This document shows, one piece after another, positions 46,400 to 55,978 of a stretch of 64,000 nucleotides of DNA (positions within the stretch are counted from its first letter, which is position 1; each line of letters opens with the position of its first letter). The stretch comes from Brevundimonas sp. (GTDB lineage Bacteria; Pseudomonadota; Alphaproteobacteria; Caulobacterales; Caulobacteraceae). The DNA lies in contig NZ_JBKBPF010000003.1 of assembly GCF_046293315.1 (NCBI RefSeq), forward strand, positions 61,252 to 125,251. Reading direction: 5' to 3'. A program made the position numbers and the translations under genes. The notes under the pieces are model-generated. The model did no database searches, was not told the origin of the DNA, and saw only the letters and a list, made by a program, of their open reading frames with translations.

Positions 46400-46684
46400 A
46401 TGCTGAAAGAACAGCGCCTAAATAACCGCGGCGAGAAGTATGTGGTGGGCCCGACGGGCACCCCGCTGACCCTCGCCGACCTGCCGCCGCCCAACACCGA
46501 CCGTTGGGTCATCCGCCGCAAGGCGGAGGTGGTCGCCGCCGTGCGCGGCGGTCTGATCTCGCTCGAGGACGCCCTTGAGCGCTATCGTCTGACCGCCGAG
46601 GAATTCATCGCCTGGCAAAAGGCGATCGACAAATGGGGCATGCAGGGCCTGCGCACCACGCGCATCCAGCATTACCGCCAGTAG
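46400..46684 (+). CDS. sciP: DUF1153 small HTH protein, SciP-like (small CtrA inhibitory protein)
   Basis: 94 aa with the core LADLPPPNTDRWVIRRKAEVVAAVRGGLISLEDALERYRLTAEEFIAWQKAIDKWGMQGLRTTR. Its position directly after flgE matches Caulobacter as I recall it. Confidence 0.65.
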   Translation: MLKEQRLNNRGEKYVVGPTGTPLTLADLPPPNTDRWVIRRKAEVVAAVRGGLISLEDALERYRLTAEEFIAWQKAIDKWGMQGLRTTRIQHYRQ

Positions 46685-46708
46685 TCGCGGTTTTCTCCGA
46701 AGGTTTGG

Positions 46709-46742
46709 GGGCCGTGTCCGCAAGGACGCGGCCCTTTCCTTT
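46709..46742 (+). terminator. Rho-independent terminator after the sciP-like gene
   Basis: Stem GGGCCGTGTCC / GGACGCGGCCC (one G-U pair) with a GCAA loop, followed by TTTCCTTT. Confidence 0.7.
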
Positions 46743-46778
46743 GGCCGCAGCCTCGAATTCTCCGTCTTTAGCCCCTAA

Positions 46779-47993
46779 ATGGCGCCCATGACCCTGATGG
46801 AGCCCCTCTGCCCTGTCCCCGACATCGCGCGCACCGACATGGACGCAGCGATCGAGTCCGCGCGCGCGGCGGTCGGCCTGCCCATGGGCGCGCGGGTGGT
46901 GGCGGCCATGTCGGGCGGGGTGGACTCCACCGTGGTGGCGGCCCTGCTGGCGAAGGCCGGCTATGACGTGGTGGGCGTGACGCTGCAGCTTTACGACCAC
47001 GGCGCGGCGCTGAAGAAGAAGGGCGCCTGCTGCGCCGGTCAGGACATTCACGACGCCCGGCTGGCGGCCGAGATGATCGGCATCCCACACTATGTGCTGG
47101 ATTATGAAAGCCGCTTCCGCGACGCGGTGATCGACCAGTTCGCCGACAGCTATCTGCGCGGCCAGACCCCGGTGCCCTGCATCCGCTGCAATCAGACGGT
47201 GAAGTTCCGCGACCTGCTGAATGTGGCCCGCGATCTGGGCGCCGAGGCCATGGCCACCGGCCACTACGTCCGCCGGGCCGCCGTCGGCAATCGCGCGCAG
47301 ATGCGCAAGGCCGTCGATCACTCGCGCGACCAGTCCTATTTCCTGTTCGCCACCACGGCGGATCAGCTCGATTACCTGCGCTTTCCCCTGGCCGATCTGG
47401 AGAAGCCACAGGTGCGCGGCGTGGCGGCCGAACTGGGCCTGAAGATCGCGGCCAAGCCGGACAGCCAGGACATCTGTTTCGTGCCCACCGGCGACTACCG
47501 CACCCTGATCGACCGGCTGCGGCCGCAGGGGCGGGAAGCCGGCGAGATCGTGCACATGGACGGCCGCGTGCTGGGTACGCACTCCGGCATCACCGACTAC
47601 ACCATCGGCCAGCGCCGGGGTCTGAACGTGGCGGTGGGCGAGCCCCTGTTTGTCATCAAGCTGGAACCCGAGGCCCGCCGAGTCATCGTCGGCCCCCGCG
47701 AGGCGCTGCTGACCGCGTCACTGACGCTGGAGGAAACCAACTGGCTGGGCGATCAGGCGTCCATCGAGGAAGCGGCCCGAGACGGCGCGGCCGTGCTGGC
47801 GCGCGTGCGTTCCACCCGCGATCCGTCCCCCGCCCGCCTGGCCATTCAGGACGGGGCGGTGGCCGTGGTGTTCGACGACGGCGAGGAAGGCGTGGCGCCG
47901 GGCCAGGCCTGCGTCCTCTATGACCCCGCCGATCCCGACCGCCTGCTGGGCGGCGGCTTCATTCGGGACACGACGGCGGTGGTTCCGGCATGA
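46779..47993 (+). CDS. mnmA: tRNA 2-thiouridine(34) synthase
   Basis: PP-loop [13 protein letters not shown] and catalytic region [16 protein letters not shown]. The exact start is uncertain among the ATGs at 46779, 46788 and 46797. Confidence 0.9.
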   Translation: MAPMTLMEPLCPVPDIARTDMDAAIESARAAVGLPMGARVVAAMSGGVDSTVVAALLAKAGYDVVGVTLQLYDHGAALKKKGACCAGQDIHDARLAAEMIGIPHYVLDYESRFRDAVIDQFADSYLRGQTPVPCIRCNQTVKFRDLLNVARDLGAEAMATGHYVRRAAVGNRAQMRKAVDHSRDQSYFLFATTADQLDYLRFPLADLEKPQVRGVAAELGLKIAAKPDSQDICFVPTGDYRTLIDRLRPQGREAGEIVHMDGRVLGTHSGITDYTIGQRRGLNVAVGEPLFVIKLEPEARRVIVGPREALLTASLTLEETNWLGDQASIEEAARDGAAVLARVRSTRDPSPARLAIQDGAVAVVFDDGEEGVAPGQACVLYDPADPDRLLGGGFIRDTTAVVPA

Positions 47994-48769
47994 CGGCGGC
48001 GGGCGCCAGGACGATTTATCCTTTCACGCCCGCCTCGCTAACCGCCCTGGATTCCAACCTCAACGCCCGTTTTCGAGGCCTCGACGGCCACGACTGGAAC
48101 GAGTGGTTCGAGATTCAGTGTGACAACGCATCCACAGTTCCCCCTGGGGCGGAGCGCGCTTGGCTGAACCGCAAGAAAGCCTCTCACAAGGGCATCAGAG
48201 AGCGCCTCTCTCTCACGCATTTGATCGCAGGTGCGGCAGATCAGTCGTATCTCGCCGAAATCGGCACACTGGTGAACCTTGAACGGCTTGAGCTGGAACA
48301 CCCTGTCACCGCGCACGACCTGAGCCCGTTGCACGCCCTGAAAAAACTGAAGCATCTCCGCCTCGTCAGCCCAAGGCGCATCACGGATTTCAAGCCGCTG
48401 CTCGAACTATCTTCGCTCAAGACCCTATTCATCGAAAACCTAGGACACATGACCGAGATCGATTGGCTGCGGGGCGCCGATCACATTGAAGTTCTGGGCA
48501 TCGAAGGCAGCATCTGGAAGCCACACGTCATTCCCAGCCTGGCGCCCTTAAGCGGGCTGAAGAGTCTCAAGGCGTTCTTCGCCACGTCGGTCCGACTGAA
48601 AGATCAGGACCTGTCGGCCCTTGGGAGCTGCCCCCGGCTGGAATACCTCTCATGTGCGCGCTTCGCGCCGAGGGCGTCTTTTGAACGTCTGCACGCCCTG
48701 AACTCCCGATTGGTATGCCGCTGGTTCGGCCCTGAAGGTTGGGACGATGCAAACCTCCTTCGGGATTGA
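47990..48769 (+). CDS. Leucine-rich-repeat protein with no signal peptide, in a low-GC segment
   Basis: 259 aa with repeats such as [12 protein letters not shown].., [12 protein letters not shown].., [12 protein letters not shown].. and [11 protein letters not shown]... Two 60-nt samples I counted give 53% and 57% G+C, against roughly two-thirds in the flanks. The ATG overlaps the mnmA stop (ATGA). Confidence 0.7.
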   Translation: MTAAGARTIYPFTPASLTALDSNLNARFRGLDGHDWNEWFEIQCDNASTVPPGAERAWLNRKKASHKGIRERLSLTHLIAGAADQSYLAEIGTLVNLERLELEHPVTAHDLSPLHALKKLKHLRLVSPRRITDFKPLLELSSLKTLFIENLGHMTEIDWLRGADHIEVLGIEGSIWKPHVIPSLAPLSGLKSLKAFFATSVRLKDQDLSALGSCPRLEYLSCARFAPRASFERLHALNSRLVCRWFGPEGWDDANLLRD

Positions 48770-48778
48770 ATGCTCAGG

Positions 48779-50770
48779 TCAACGCGCCGCCGCGATCTGG
48801 TCCAGCACCGGCATGAGTTCATCCCGGAGCATCGGCGCCAGCGAGCGGGCGTAGGTCGATCCGAAATGGTGGGTGTCGTGATAGACCATGACATTGCCCA
48901 CCACCGCCGGACAGGTGGTCTCGTCACAGAAGAAGCGCGAGAAATCGAGCGGATAGAGACGGTCGATCCCGGTCACCTGAAGCGTCGGGTTTTCCGGCGA
49001 CAGCAGGTCCGCCCGCGCCCGTGAGCACCGAGCCGCATCGCGGCCGAAGCGCTCCACACACTCCGCCACATCGAACTGGAACCACGGGGTGTCGCGCATG
49101 CCGACGATGGGGATGCCCAGCACCTCCAGCTCGCGCCAGCGTTCGACGTATCCCGGAGCCACCTCATCGGCCGAATACTCACCGCGCGTGGTGGTGGTGA
49201 AGACCGCGTCGGGACGGATGCGCTCCAGCTCGGCCATGACATTGCGGTTCCATTCCGCACATGACGGGGGCTCGTGCGGCTCTGGCGTCTCGCGGAACAA
49301 ACAGGCGCTCTTGGTGAAGATCATCAGCTTCCAGTCCGATCCTTCCACCGCCCCGACCAAGGCCGGGAACCACTGGGTCACGTGGGAGCCGCCCACCACC
49401 GCCAGGGTGTAGGGCGCATCCGGGTCGCCATAGACGCAGTTGGGTGTGGCGGTCCCGGTCTCGGATTGGTGGCAGCCGTTGTCGTAGAGTTCGGGCCGGT
49501 CGGCGCGCACGGTGAACGGGCCGGGCGTCACCGGCGCCTCGGGGATGTCCCGTCCGAAGGCACCGGCGCCGGGGTACACATCCGCATCCGCCAGCCGCGC
49601 CCACTCGGCGCGGGCCTGGAATTTGGTGTAGCCGATCCAGCCCACGGCGACCCCGCCGGCGACCGCCACGGCGGCGGCTCCGGCGATCAGGATGCGCCAG
49701 GGTTTCGCCTCGCTGAGATACCGCGTCGGTCCCTCGATGAAGCGCAGGGTCAGGTCCGCCGCAAGGATGGACGCGCCCATGATGACCAGACCCGCCAGCG
49801 GGGTGGCCACGGTCCGTTCGCTGATCGCCAGATAGGCCAGCAGGATCGGCCAGTGCCACAGATACAGCCCATAGGACCGGTCCCCCAGCCAGGTGAATGG
49901 ACGGCTGCCCAGCAGCCGCGCCACGCCGAAGCGGCTGACGCCCAGACCGCCGATCAGCACCATGGCCGCGCCGAGCGTCGGCCACAGGGCCGCATAGCCG
50001 GGAAACACGGTGGAGACCTGCAGCAGGAAGCCGCACGACAGGATCAGGGCCAGGCCCAGCCAGCCGACGATCAGCCGCATCCCCTCGCCCAGCTTCAGTC
50101 GCGGCAGGATCAGGGCGACGATGCCGCCCAGGGCGAACTCCCACAGCCGGGCGAAGGTGTCGAAATAGGCGGCGGGCTGGTCGCGCGCCGTATGGATCAC
50201 CGACCACGCCAGCGAGCCCACGAACATCAGGATCAGGAACCCGGTCACGGCCTTTGTGCGGTCGATAGCCGTCTTGCCCAGCGCCCACGCCAGACCCCAC
50301 ATGGCCACGCCGAAGAACACCAGCGCCTGCACCTGTACCGCCATGGCCCAGTAGTGCTGGACCGGCGGGGTGGCCGCGTCGCGGGTCAGATAGTCGGTGG
50401 AGAACCGGATCAGATACCAGTTCTCCAGATAGGCTGCAGAGGCGATCACATGCTTGGCGTAGGGCTCCCACCGCACCCCCGGCGCCCACAGCGGGGCGGT
50501 CAGGACGATCACCACCAGCACGAACAGGGACGCGGGCAACAACCGCTTGGCCAGCTTGGCGGCATAGCGGATCAGGTCCACCGAGCCCTTGGCAACCGTC
50601 TCCCGGCCCAGCGAGCCGATCAGCAGAAAGCCGGACACCACGAAGAACACGTCCACCCCGCCCGACACCCGGGCGAACCAGATGTGGAACACGGCGACCA
50701 GCAGGGCGCCCACGGCCCTCAGGCCCTGGATGTCTCCCCGGCGGTCAGTGCGCGCTGGCGCGACGGACAT
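48779..50770 (-). CDS. Acyltransferase-3 family membrane protein with a C-terminal SGNH-like domain (OafA/YrhL type)
   Basis: Track ORF trimmed to ATG 50770 (MSVAPARTDRRGDIQGLRAVGALLVAVFHIW). About ten helices are followed by a soluble ~280-aa C-terminal domain. Confidence 0.85.
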   Translation of the reverse strand: MSVAPARTDRRGDIQGLRAVGALLVAVFHIWFARVSGGVDVFFVVSGFLLIGSLGRETVAKGSVDLIRYAAKLAKRLLPASLFVLVVIVLTAPLWAPGVRWEPYAKHVIASAAYLENWYLIRFSTDYLTRDAATPPVQHYWAMAVQVQALVFFGVAMWGLAWALGKTAIDRTKAVTGFLILMFVGSLAWSVIHTARDQPAAYFDTFARLWEFALGGIVALILPRLKLGEGMRLIVGWLGLALILSCGFLLQVSTVFPGYAALWPTLGAAMVLIGGLGVSRFGVARLLGSRPFTWLGDRSYGLYLWHWPILLAYLAISERTVATPLAGLVIMGASILAADLTLRFIEGPTRYLSEAKPWRILIAGAAAVAVAGGVAVGWIGYTKFQARAEWARLADADVYPGAGAFGRDIPEAPVTPGPFTVRADRPELYDNGCHQSETGTATPNCVYGDPDAPYTLAVVGGSHVTQWFPALVGAVEGSDWKLMIFTKSACLFRETPEPHEPPSCAEWNRNVMAELERIRPDAVFTTTTRGEYSADEVAPGYVERWRELEVLGIPIVGMRDTPWFQFDVAECVERFGRDAARCSRARADLLSPENPTLQVTGIDRLYPLDFSRFFCDETTCPAVVGNVMVYHDTHHFGSTYARSLAPMLRDELMPVLDQIAAAR

Positions 50771-50914
50771 GGGCGTTCCCCGACAGTTAAGCGCCCTCCC
50801 TGCCACGGCGCCGGTTACCGTCGGCTCAACGACCGGCGATTATTTCGGCGACAGTCTGCATCCGTCGTGATGGATTGCCGCCTCTAGAGGTCATCATCGA
50901 TAGAGGGGTTCTCC

Positions 50915-52852
50915 ATGCGTAAGCTCGCCTGCCTGGTCTCGGCCCTCGCCCTGACCGCCGCCGTCCCCGCCCTGCTCGCGCCCGTCCCGGCGCTGGCCCA
51001 GACCGCTGCATCGGCCGAAGCGCCGCGCACCTACACCGCCGCCCAGTTCTTCGAGACCACCAGCTACAGCATGGCCAGCCCTGCCGGGGCGGCCTTCTCG
51101 CCGGACGGATCCTCGATCCTGATCTCCAGCGACCGCACGGGCGTGTTCAACGCCTGGGCCCTGCCCCTCAACGGCGGCGATCCCGTGCCGCTCACGGCCT
51201 CAACCGACGTGGCCACCTTCGCCGAGAGCTATTTTCCGAACGACGGCAGGGTGCTGCTGACCGCTGATTCCGGCGGCGGGGGCAGCGAGCTGACTCATGT
51301 CTATGTGCGCGAGGAGGACGGATCGGTCCGCGACCTGACGCCCGGCGACAATGTGAAGGCCGACCTGCTGGGCTGGAGCGCCGACGGGTCGACATTCTGG
51401 GTCACCTCCAACGCCCGCGACCCGCAGGTGTTCGACCTCTACGCCTATGACGCAGCCACCTACGAGAGCCGGCTGGTCTACGAGAACCCCGGCATGTTCA
51501 TCTCGGCGATCTCGCGTGACGGGCGCTGGCTGGCCATGGACAAGCCCATCACCTCGGCCAATTCCGACGTCTATCTGGTGGACCTGCAGACCGGCGGCGA
51601 GCCGGTGCTCATCACCGAGCATGAGGGCAATGTCGCCCACGGGACCTACGACTTCACCCCGGACGGCGGCGCCCTGATCTACGCCACCAACGCGCACGGC
51701 GAGTTCAATCAGGCGTGGCGCCACGACCTGTCCACCGGCGAGAAGACGCCCTACCTCGCGGCCGACTGGGACGTGATGTACGTCGCCTTCTCGCCGTCCG
51801 GCCGCTACCGCGTGTCCGCCGTCAACGCCGACGCCTCCACCCAACTGACCCTGCTGGACACCACCACAAACCAGCCCGTGGCCCTCACCGGCGTGCCCGA
51901 CGGCGACATCGGCCAGGTGCGCTTCAACGCCGACGAAAGCGCCATCGCCTTCACCGTCGCATCCGACACCTCGCCGTCGGACGTGTTCGTGGCGGATCTG
52001 GGAACGGGACAGGCGCGGCGCCTGACCACGGCCCTGAACCCGGCCATCGCCGAAAGCGATCTGGTGGAGGCTGTCATCGTCCGCTACCGCGCCTCGGACG
52101 GCGTTGAGGTTCCGGCGGTGCTGTATCGCCCCCGCGGCGCCTCGGCCGAAAATCCGGTCCCCGCGCTGGTGCTGGTGCACGGCGGGCCGGGCGGCCAGAC
52201 CCGGCGCGGCTATTCGGCCATGGTCCAGCATCTGGTCAATCACGGCTATGCGGTGCTGGGCGCCAACAACCGGGGCTCGTCCGGCTACGGCAAGACCTTC
52301 TTCCACATGGACGACCGCGCCCATGGCGAGGCGGACCTTCAGGACATCGTCGACGGCGGCCAGTGGCTACGCGATCAGGACTGGGTGGCCGACGACCAGG
52401 TGGCGGTGATGGGCGGCTCCTATGGCGGCTACATCACCGCGGCGGCCCTGGCCTTCCACCCGGAAGCCTTCGAGGCGGGGGTCAACATCTTCGGCGTCAC
52501 CAACTGGGTGCGCACGCTTGAGTCCATCCCGCCGTGGTGGGGCGCCCAGCGCGACGCCCTCTATGACGAGATGGGCGACCCGGCCACCGACGCCGAGCGC
52601 CACCGCCGCATCTCGCCGCTGTTCCACGCCTCCAACATCGTCCGGCCCATGCTGGTGGTGCAGGGCGCCAACGACCCGCGCGTGCTGCAGGTGGAGAGCG
52701 ACGAACTGGTCGCCGCCATCCGCGCCAACGACGTGCCGGTGGAATACGTCCTGTTCCCCGACGAGGGCCACGGCTTCCTGCGCCGCGAGAACCGCATCAC
52801 CGCACAGGAAGCCTACCTGGCCTTCCTGAATGCGCACGTGCGGGGGGACTAG
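50915..52852 (+). CDS. Secreted S9 family serine peptidase (prolyl oligopeptidase / dipeptidyl peptidase type)
   Basis: Signal peptide MRKLACLVSALALTAAVPALLAPVPALAQT. A beta-propeller-like N-terminal half is followed by the nucleophile motif MGGSYGGY, and by VVQGANDPRV...DEGHGF. Confidence 0.85.
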   Translation: MRKLACLVSALALTAAVPALLAPVPALAQTAASAEAPRTYTAAQFFETTSYSMASPAGAAFSPDGSSILISSDRTGVFNAWALPLNGGDPVPLTASTDVATFAESYFPNDGRVLLTADSGGGGSELTHVYVREEDGSVRDLTPGDNVKADLLGWSADGSTFWVTSNARDPQVFDLYAYDAATYESRLVYENPGMFISAISRDGRWLAMDKPITSANSDVYLVDLQTGGEPVLITEHEGNVAHGTYDFTPDGGALIYATNAHGEFNQAWRHDLSTGEKTPYLAADWDVMYVAFSPSGRYRVSAVNADASTQLTLLDTTTNQPVALTGVPDGDIGQVRFNADESAIAFTVASDTSPSDVFVADLGTGQARRLTTALNPAIAESDLVEAVIVRYRASDGVEVPAVLYRPRGASAENPVPALVLVHGGPGGQTRRGYSAMVQHLVNHGYAVLGANNRGSSGYGKTFFHMDDRAHGEADLQDIVDGGQWLRDQDWVADDQVAVMGGSYGGYITAAALAFHPEAFEAGVNIFGVTNWVRTLESIPPWWGAQRDALYDEMGDPATDAERHRRISPLFHASNIVRPMLVVQGANDPRVLQVESDELVAAIRANDVPVEYVLFPDEGHGFLRRENRITAQEAYLAFLNAHVRGD

Positions 52853-52891
52853 CGTCGACCCGTGATCCTGGCTGACTGGCCGTTCCTCTGG

Positions 52892-53485
52892 TCAGTCCGC
52901 CAGGAATCCGGAAGCCAGGCATTTGAAGGCCTCGACGGCTTTTGGAAGGGTCTTCTGCGGCTCCTCGCTGGCCGCAACCCAAAGCGCCGAGTTCAACGCG
53001 GCCCCGTTCAACAACCGCGCTGCGGCCTCTATATCCACCGGCTTGAGCGCCCCCGCCCTCATCAGGTCGGTCACGGCGTCGCGCGTGGCTTCAAGGCAGG
53101 CGCTCTGGCTGGGCCATTGCGAGGGGTCGCCAAGAAAGGCTGGGCCATCCAGCAGGACGATGCGCTGGATCTCCGGATCGAGCGCCAGCTCGATATAGGC
53201 CGCCCCTTCCGCGAGCAGCGCCGCCCAGGCGCCGTCAGCCTGCCGGCCCGCCTCTCGAGCCGTCGCCGCCATCTCGCCGTCGACCTGCGCGACCACAGCC
53301 GCCAGCAGGCCCTTCTTGTCACCGAAATTGTGATAGAGCGCGCCGCGGGTCAGGCCCGCAGCCGCCGTCAGATCATCCATGGACGCGGCGGCGAACCCTT
53401 TCTCCGCAAAGGCCTGTCGCCCGGCCGCAATCAGTTTGGCGCGGGTTTCCTCCATCATGTCCGCTCGGGTCTTTTCGGCCATCAC
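52892..53485 (-). CDS. TetR family transcriptional regulator
   Basis: HTH region FAEKGFAAASMDDLTAAAGLTRGALYHNFGDKKGLL. Confidence 0.9.
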   Translation of the reverse strand: MMAEKTRADMMEETRAKLIAAGRQAFAEKGFAAASMDDLTAAAGLTRGALYHNFGDKKGLLAAVVAQVDGEMAATAREAGRQADGAWAALLAEGAAYIELALDPEIQRIVLLDGPAFLGDPSQWPSQSACLEATRDAVTDLMRAGALKPVDIEAAARLLNGAALNSALWVAASEEPQKTLPKAVEAFKCLASGFLAD

Positions 53486-53524
53486 GCGCCTCGTGGATCA
53501 GGATCATCAACCGAGCCGGCTCAT

Positions 53525-53543
53525 TGACATACGTTTCGTATGC
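53525..53543. promoter_or_regulatory. Palindromic operator 1 (TGACATACG-TTT-CGTATGC)
   Basis: Perfect 6-3-6 inverted repeat CATACG ttt CGTATG at 53528..53542, in the TetR/RidA divergent region. It overlaps a TTGACA hexamer at 53523..53528. Confidence 0.65.
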
Positions 53544-53550
53544 GACCAAC

Positions 53551-53569
53551 TGACATACGAAGCGTATGC
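53551..53569. promoter_or_regulatory. Palindromic operator 2 (TGACATACG-AAG-CGTATGC)
   Basis: Perfect inverted repeat CATACG aag CGTATG at 53554..53568. It is a direct copy of operator 1, with centres 26 bp apart. Confidence 0.65.
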
Positions 53570-53622
53570 CATGCCGCCCGCGCCCTGTGAAGCGCGGCGA
53601 TCACCCGACAAAGGACCCGAAC

Positions 53623-54021
53623 ATGACCAGGCCAGAACCCGTCTATCCCGCCGAGCGCCACGCCCTCTATGACGCCCATGGCTATGCCGCCGCCATCCGC
53701 TCGGGGGATCTGCTTTTTGTCTCGGGCCAGGTGGGAAGCCGCGCGGATGGCAGCCCGGAACCCGACTACAAGGATCAGGTGCGGCAGGCGTTCGCCAACC
53801 TCAGGGCGACGCTTCAGGCGGGCGGCTGCACGCTGGAGGACATTGTCGACGTCACCACTTTTCACACCGATCCTGAGCGCCAGTTCGAGGCCTTCATGGC
53901 TGTGAAGACCGAGGTGTTTCCCCGGCCCCCCTATCCGAACTGGACCGCCGTGGGTGTGACCTGGCTCGCCGGATTTGATTTCGAGATCAAGGTCATCGCC
54001 CGCATTCCTGACGCCGCCTGA
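53623..54021 (+). CDS. RidA/YjgF family protein
   Basis: Track ORF trimmed to ATG 53623, with the SD AAGGA 7 nt upstream. The sequence IRSGDLLFVSGQVG...VTTFHTD...WTAVGV is present. Confidence 0.8.
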   Translation: MTRPEPVYPAERHALYDAHGYAAAIRSGDLLFVSGQVGSRADGSPEPDYKDQVRQAFANLRATLQAGGCTLEDIVDVTTFHTDPERQFEAFMAVKTEVFPRPPYPNWTAVGVTWLAGFDFEIKVIARIPDAA

Positions 54022-54061
54022 GCGAACCGGCGTCGGGCGCGCCCTTTCGCCTGCCGGACCG

Positions 54062-55969
54062 CTAGCTCGCGGACGGCAGGCGGATCTCCTCGACCATGGC
54101 CTGGACCTCGGCCGGCGGTGCGGGCGTAGCCAGGGTGACGACGATCGAGACGGCGAAGCTGATCAGCATGCCCACGGCGCCGAAGCCCTCGGGCGAGATG
54201 GACAGGAACCAGGCCTCGGGCGTGCCCACGGGCGCGCCGGGGAACAGGCCGAACAGGCCGGCCAGCCCGATCAGGACCAGCACGCCCGACGCCGCCGCGA
54301 AGGGGGTGAAGCGCCGTCCGCTGTCCTGGGACGCGCCCAGATGCAGCACGAAAACCGCCAAAGCCAGCACAAGGGCGGTGACGCCGATGACCATGGGCGA
54401 GAACCCGACCTTGAAGTGGATCAGATAGGCGCCGGTGATCGTCAGCCCCGAGATCATGCCCCAGATGGCGCCGTGCTTGTTCATGCGCTTCCAGAAGATG
54501 CCGAGGAAGATCGCCGGGAAGAAGCTGGCCGCCGCCAGGCCGAAGGCGAAGGCCACCACCGCCGCGACGAAGCCGGGCGGATAGATGCCCGCCAGAATGG
54601 CGATCAGCACCGCAACCACCGCCGCCAGCCGCGCCACCAGCAGTTCGCGCGCATCGCTCATGCCCTTGAACAGCACCTTCTTGCACAGGTCGTGGGACAC
54701 CGCCGAGGAGATGACCATCAGCAGGCCCGCCGCCGTGGACAGGGCCGCCGCCAGACCGCCCGCCACCACCAGCCCGATGACCCAGGCAGGCAGGCCGCCG
54801 ATCTCCGGATTGGCCAGCACGAAGATGTCCTGGTCCAGCCTGGTCACCTCATTGACCTCGGGGTCGGCGGCGTAGCGGATGCGGCCGTCGCCGTCCTTGT
54901 CGGTGAACTCCAGAAGCCCGGTGCGCTCCCAGTTGTAGAACCACTGGGGCGTGGCGCCCTCGCCCTGCTCCGCCGCCGTGGCCTCGCCCCGCCGCACGTC
55001 CACTGAGTACTCCGACTGGTGAACCGTATCGATGAAGTTGGTACGGGCGAACACGGCCACGGCCGGGGCAGTGGTGTAGAGAATGGCGATGAAGGCCAGG
55101 GCGTAGCCGGCTGACTTCCGCGCATCCGAGGCCTTGGGCACGGTGAAGAAGCGGATGATCACGTGGGGCAGACCCGCTGTTCCCACCATCAGGGCCAGGG
55201 TAATGGCGAACACGTCGATGCGCGCCTTGGTCCCTTCGGTGTAGGCGGAAAACCCGAGGTCCGTCAGGGTCCGGTCCAGACTGAGCAGAAGCGGCGTCCC
55301 GTCCTGGGCGTTGCCTACGAAACCCAGTTGCGGAATGGGCGAACCGGTGATCTGCAGCGACAGGAAGATGGCCGGCGCCATGAAGGCGAAGATCAGCACG
55401 CAGTACTGCGCCACCTGGGTGTAGGTGATGCCCTTCATGCCCCCCAGCACGGCGTAGAACATCACCACGATCGCGCCCACGATCACGCCGATCTCGATGG
55501 GCACATTCAGGAAGTTGGAGAAGGCGATGCCCACCCCGCGCATCTGGCCGGCGATGTAGGTGAAGGAGATGAACAGGGCGCAGATCACCGCCACGATCCG
55601 GGCGGTCTGGGAATAGTACCGGTCGCCGATGAAGTCCGGCACCGTGAACTTGCCGAACTTCCTCAGATACGGCGCCAGCAACAGCGCCAGCAGCACATAG
55701 CCGCCGGTCCAGCCCATCAGATAGACCGAGCCGTCATAGCCGGAGAAGGCGATGATTCCGGCCATGGACAGGAAGCTGGCCGCGCTCATCCAGTCGGCGG
55801 CGGTGGCCATGCCGTTGAACACCGGATGCACGTCGTGCCCGGCCACATAGAAATCGTTGGTGCTGGCGGCCCGGGCCCACACGGCGATGCCGATGTAGAG
55901 TCCGAAGGTGGTTATGACGAACAGGCCGGTCCAGAACAGGGTCGGCGACAGGCCGAAGATGGTGTCCAT
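54062..55969 (-). CDS. Sodium:solute symporter family permease, large subunit (acetate/monocarboxylate-permease-like)
   Basis: 635 aa polytopic protein with SSF-type sequence GGMKGITYTQVAQY... It is paired with a DUF4212 gene 9 bp upstream. Confidence 0.8.
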   Translation of the reverse strand: MDTIFGLSPTLFWTGLFVITTFGLYIGIAVWARAASTNDFYVAGHDVHPVFNGMATAADWMSAASFLSMAGIIAFSGYDGSVYLMGWTGGYVLLALLLAPYLRKFGKFTVPDFIGDRYYSQTARIVAVICALFISFTYIAGQMRGVGIAFSNFLNVPIEIGVIVGAIVVMFYAVLGGMKGITYTQVAQYCVLIFAFMAPAIFLSLQITGSPIPQLGFVGNAQDGTPLLLSLDRTLTDLGFSAYTEGTKARIDVFAITLALMVGTAGLPHVIIRFFTVPKASDARKSAGYALAFIAILYTTAPAVAVFARTNFIDTVHQSEYSVDVRRGEATAAEQGEGATPQWFYNWERTGLLEFTDKDGDGRIRYAADPEVNEVTRLDQDIFVLANPEIGGLPAWVIGLVVAGGLAAALSTAAGLLMVISSAVSHDLCKKVLFKGMSDARELLVARLAAVVAVLIAILAGIYPPGFVAAVVAFAFGLAAASFFPAIFLGIFWKRMNKHGAIWGMISGLTITGAYLIHFKVGFSPMVIGVTALVLALAVFVLHLGASQDSGRRFTPFAAASGVLVLIGLAGLFGLFPGAPVGTPEAWFLSISPEGFGAVGMLISFAVSIVVTLATPAPPAEVQAMVEEIRLPSAS

Positions 55970-55978
55970 GTGCGCCCC

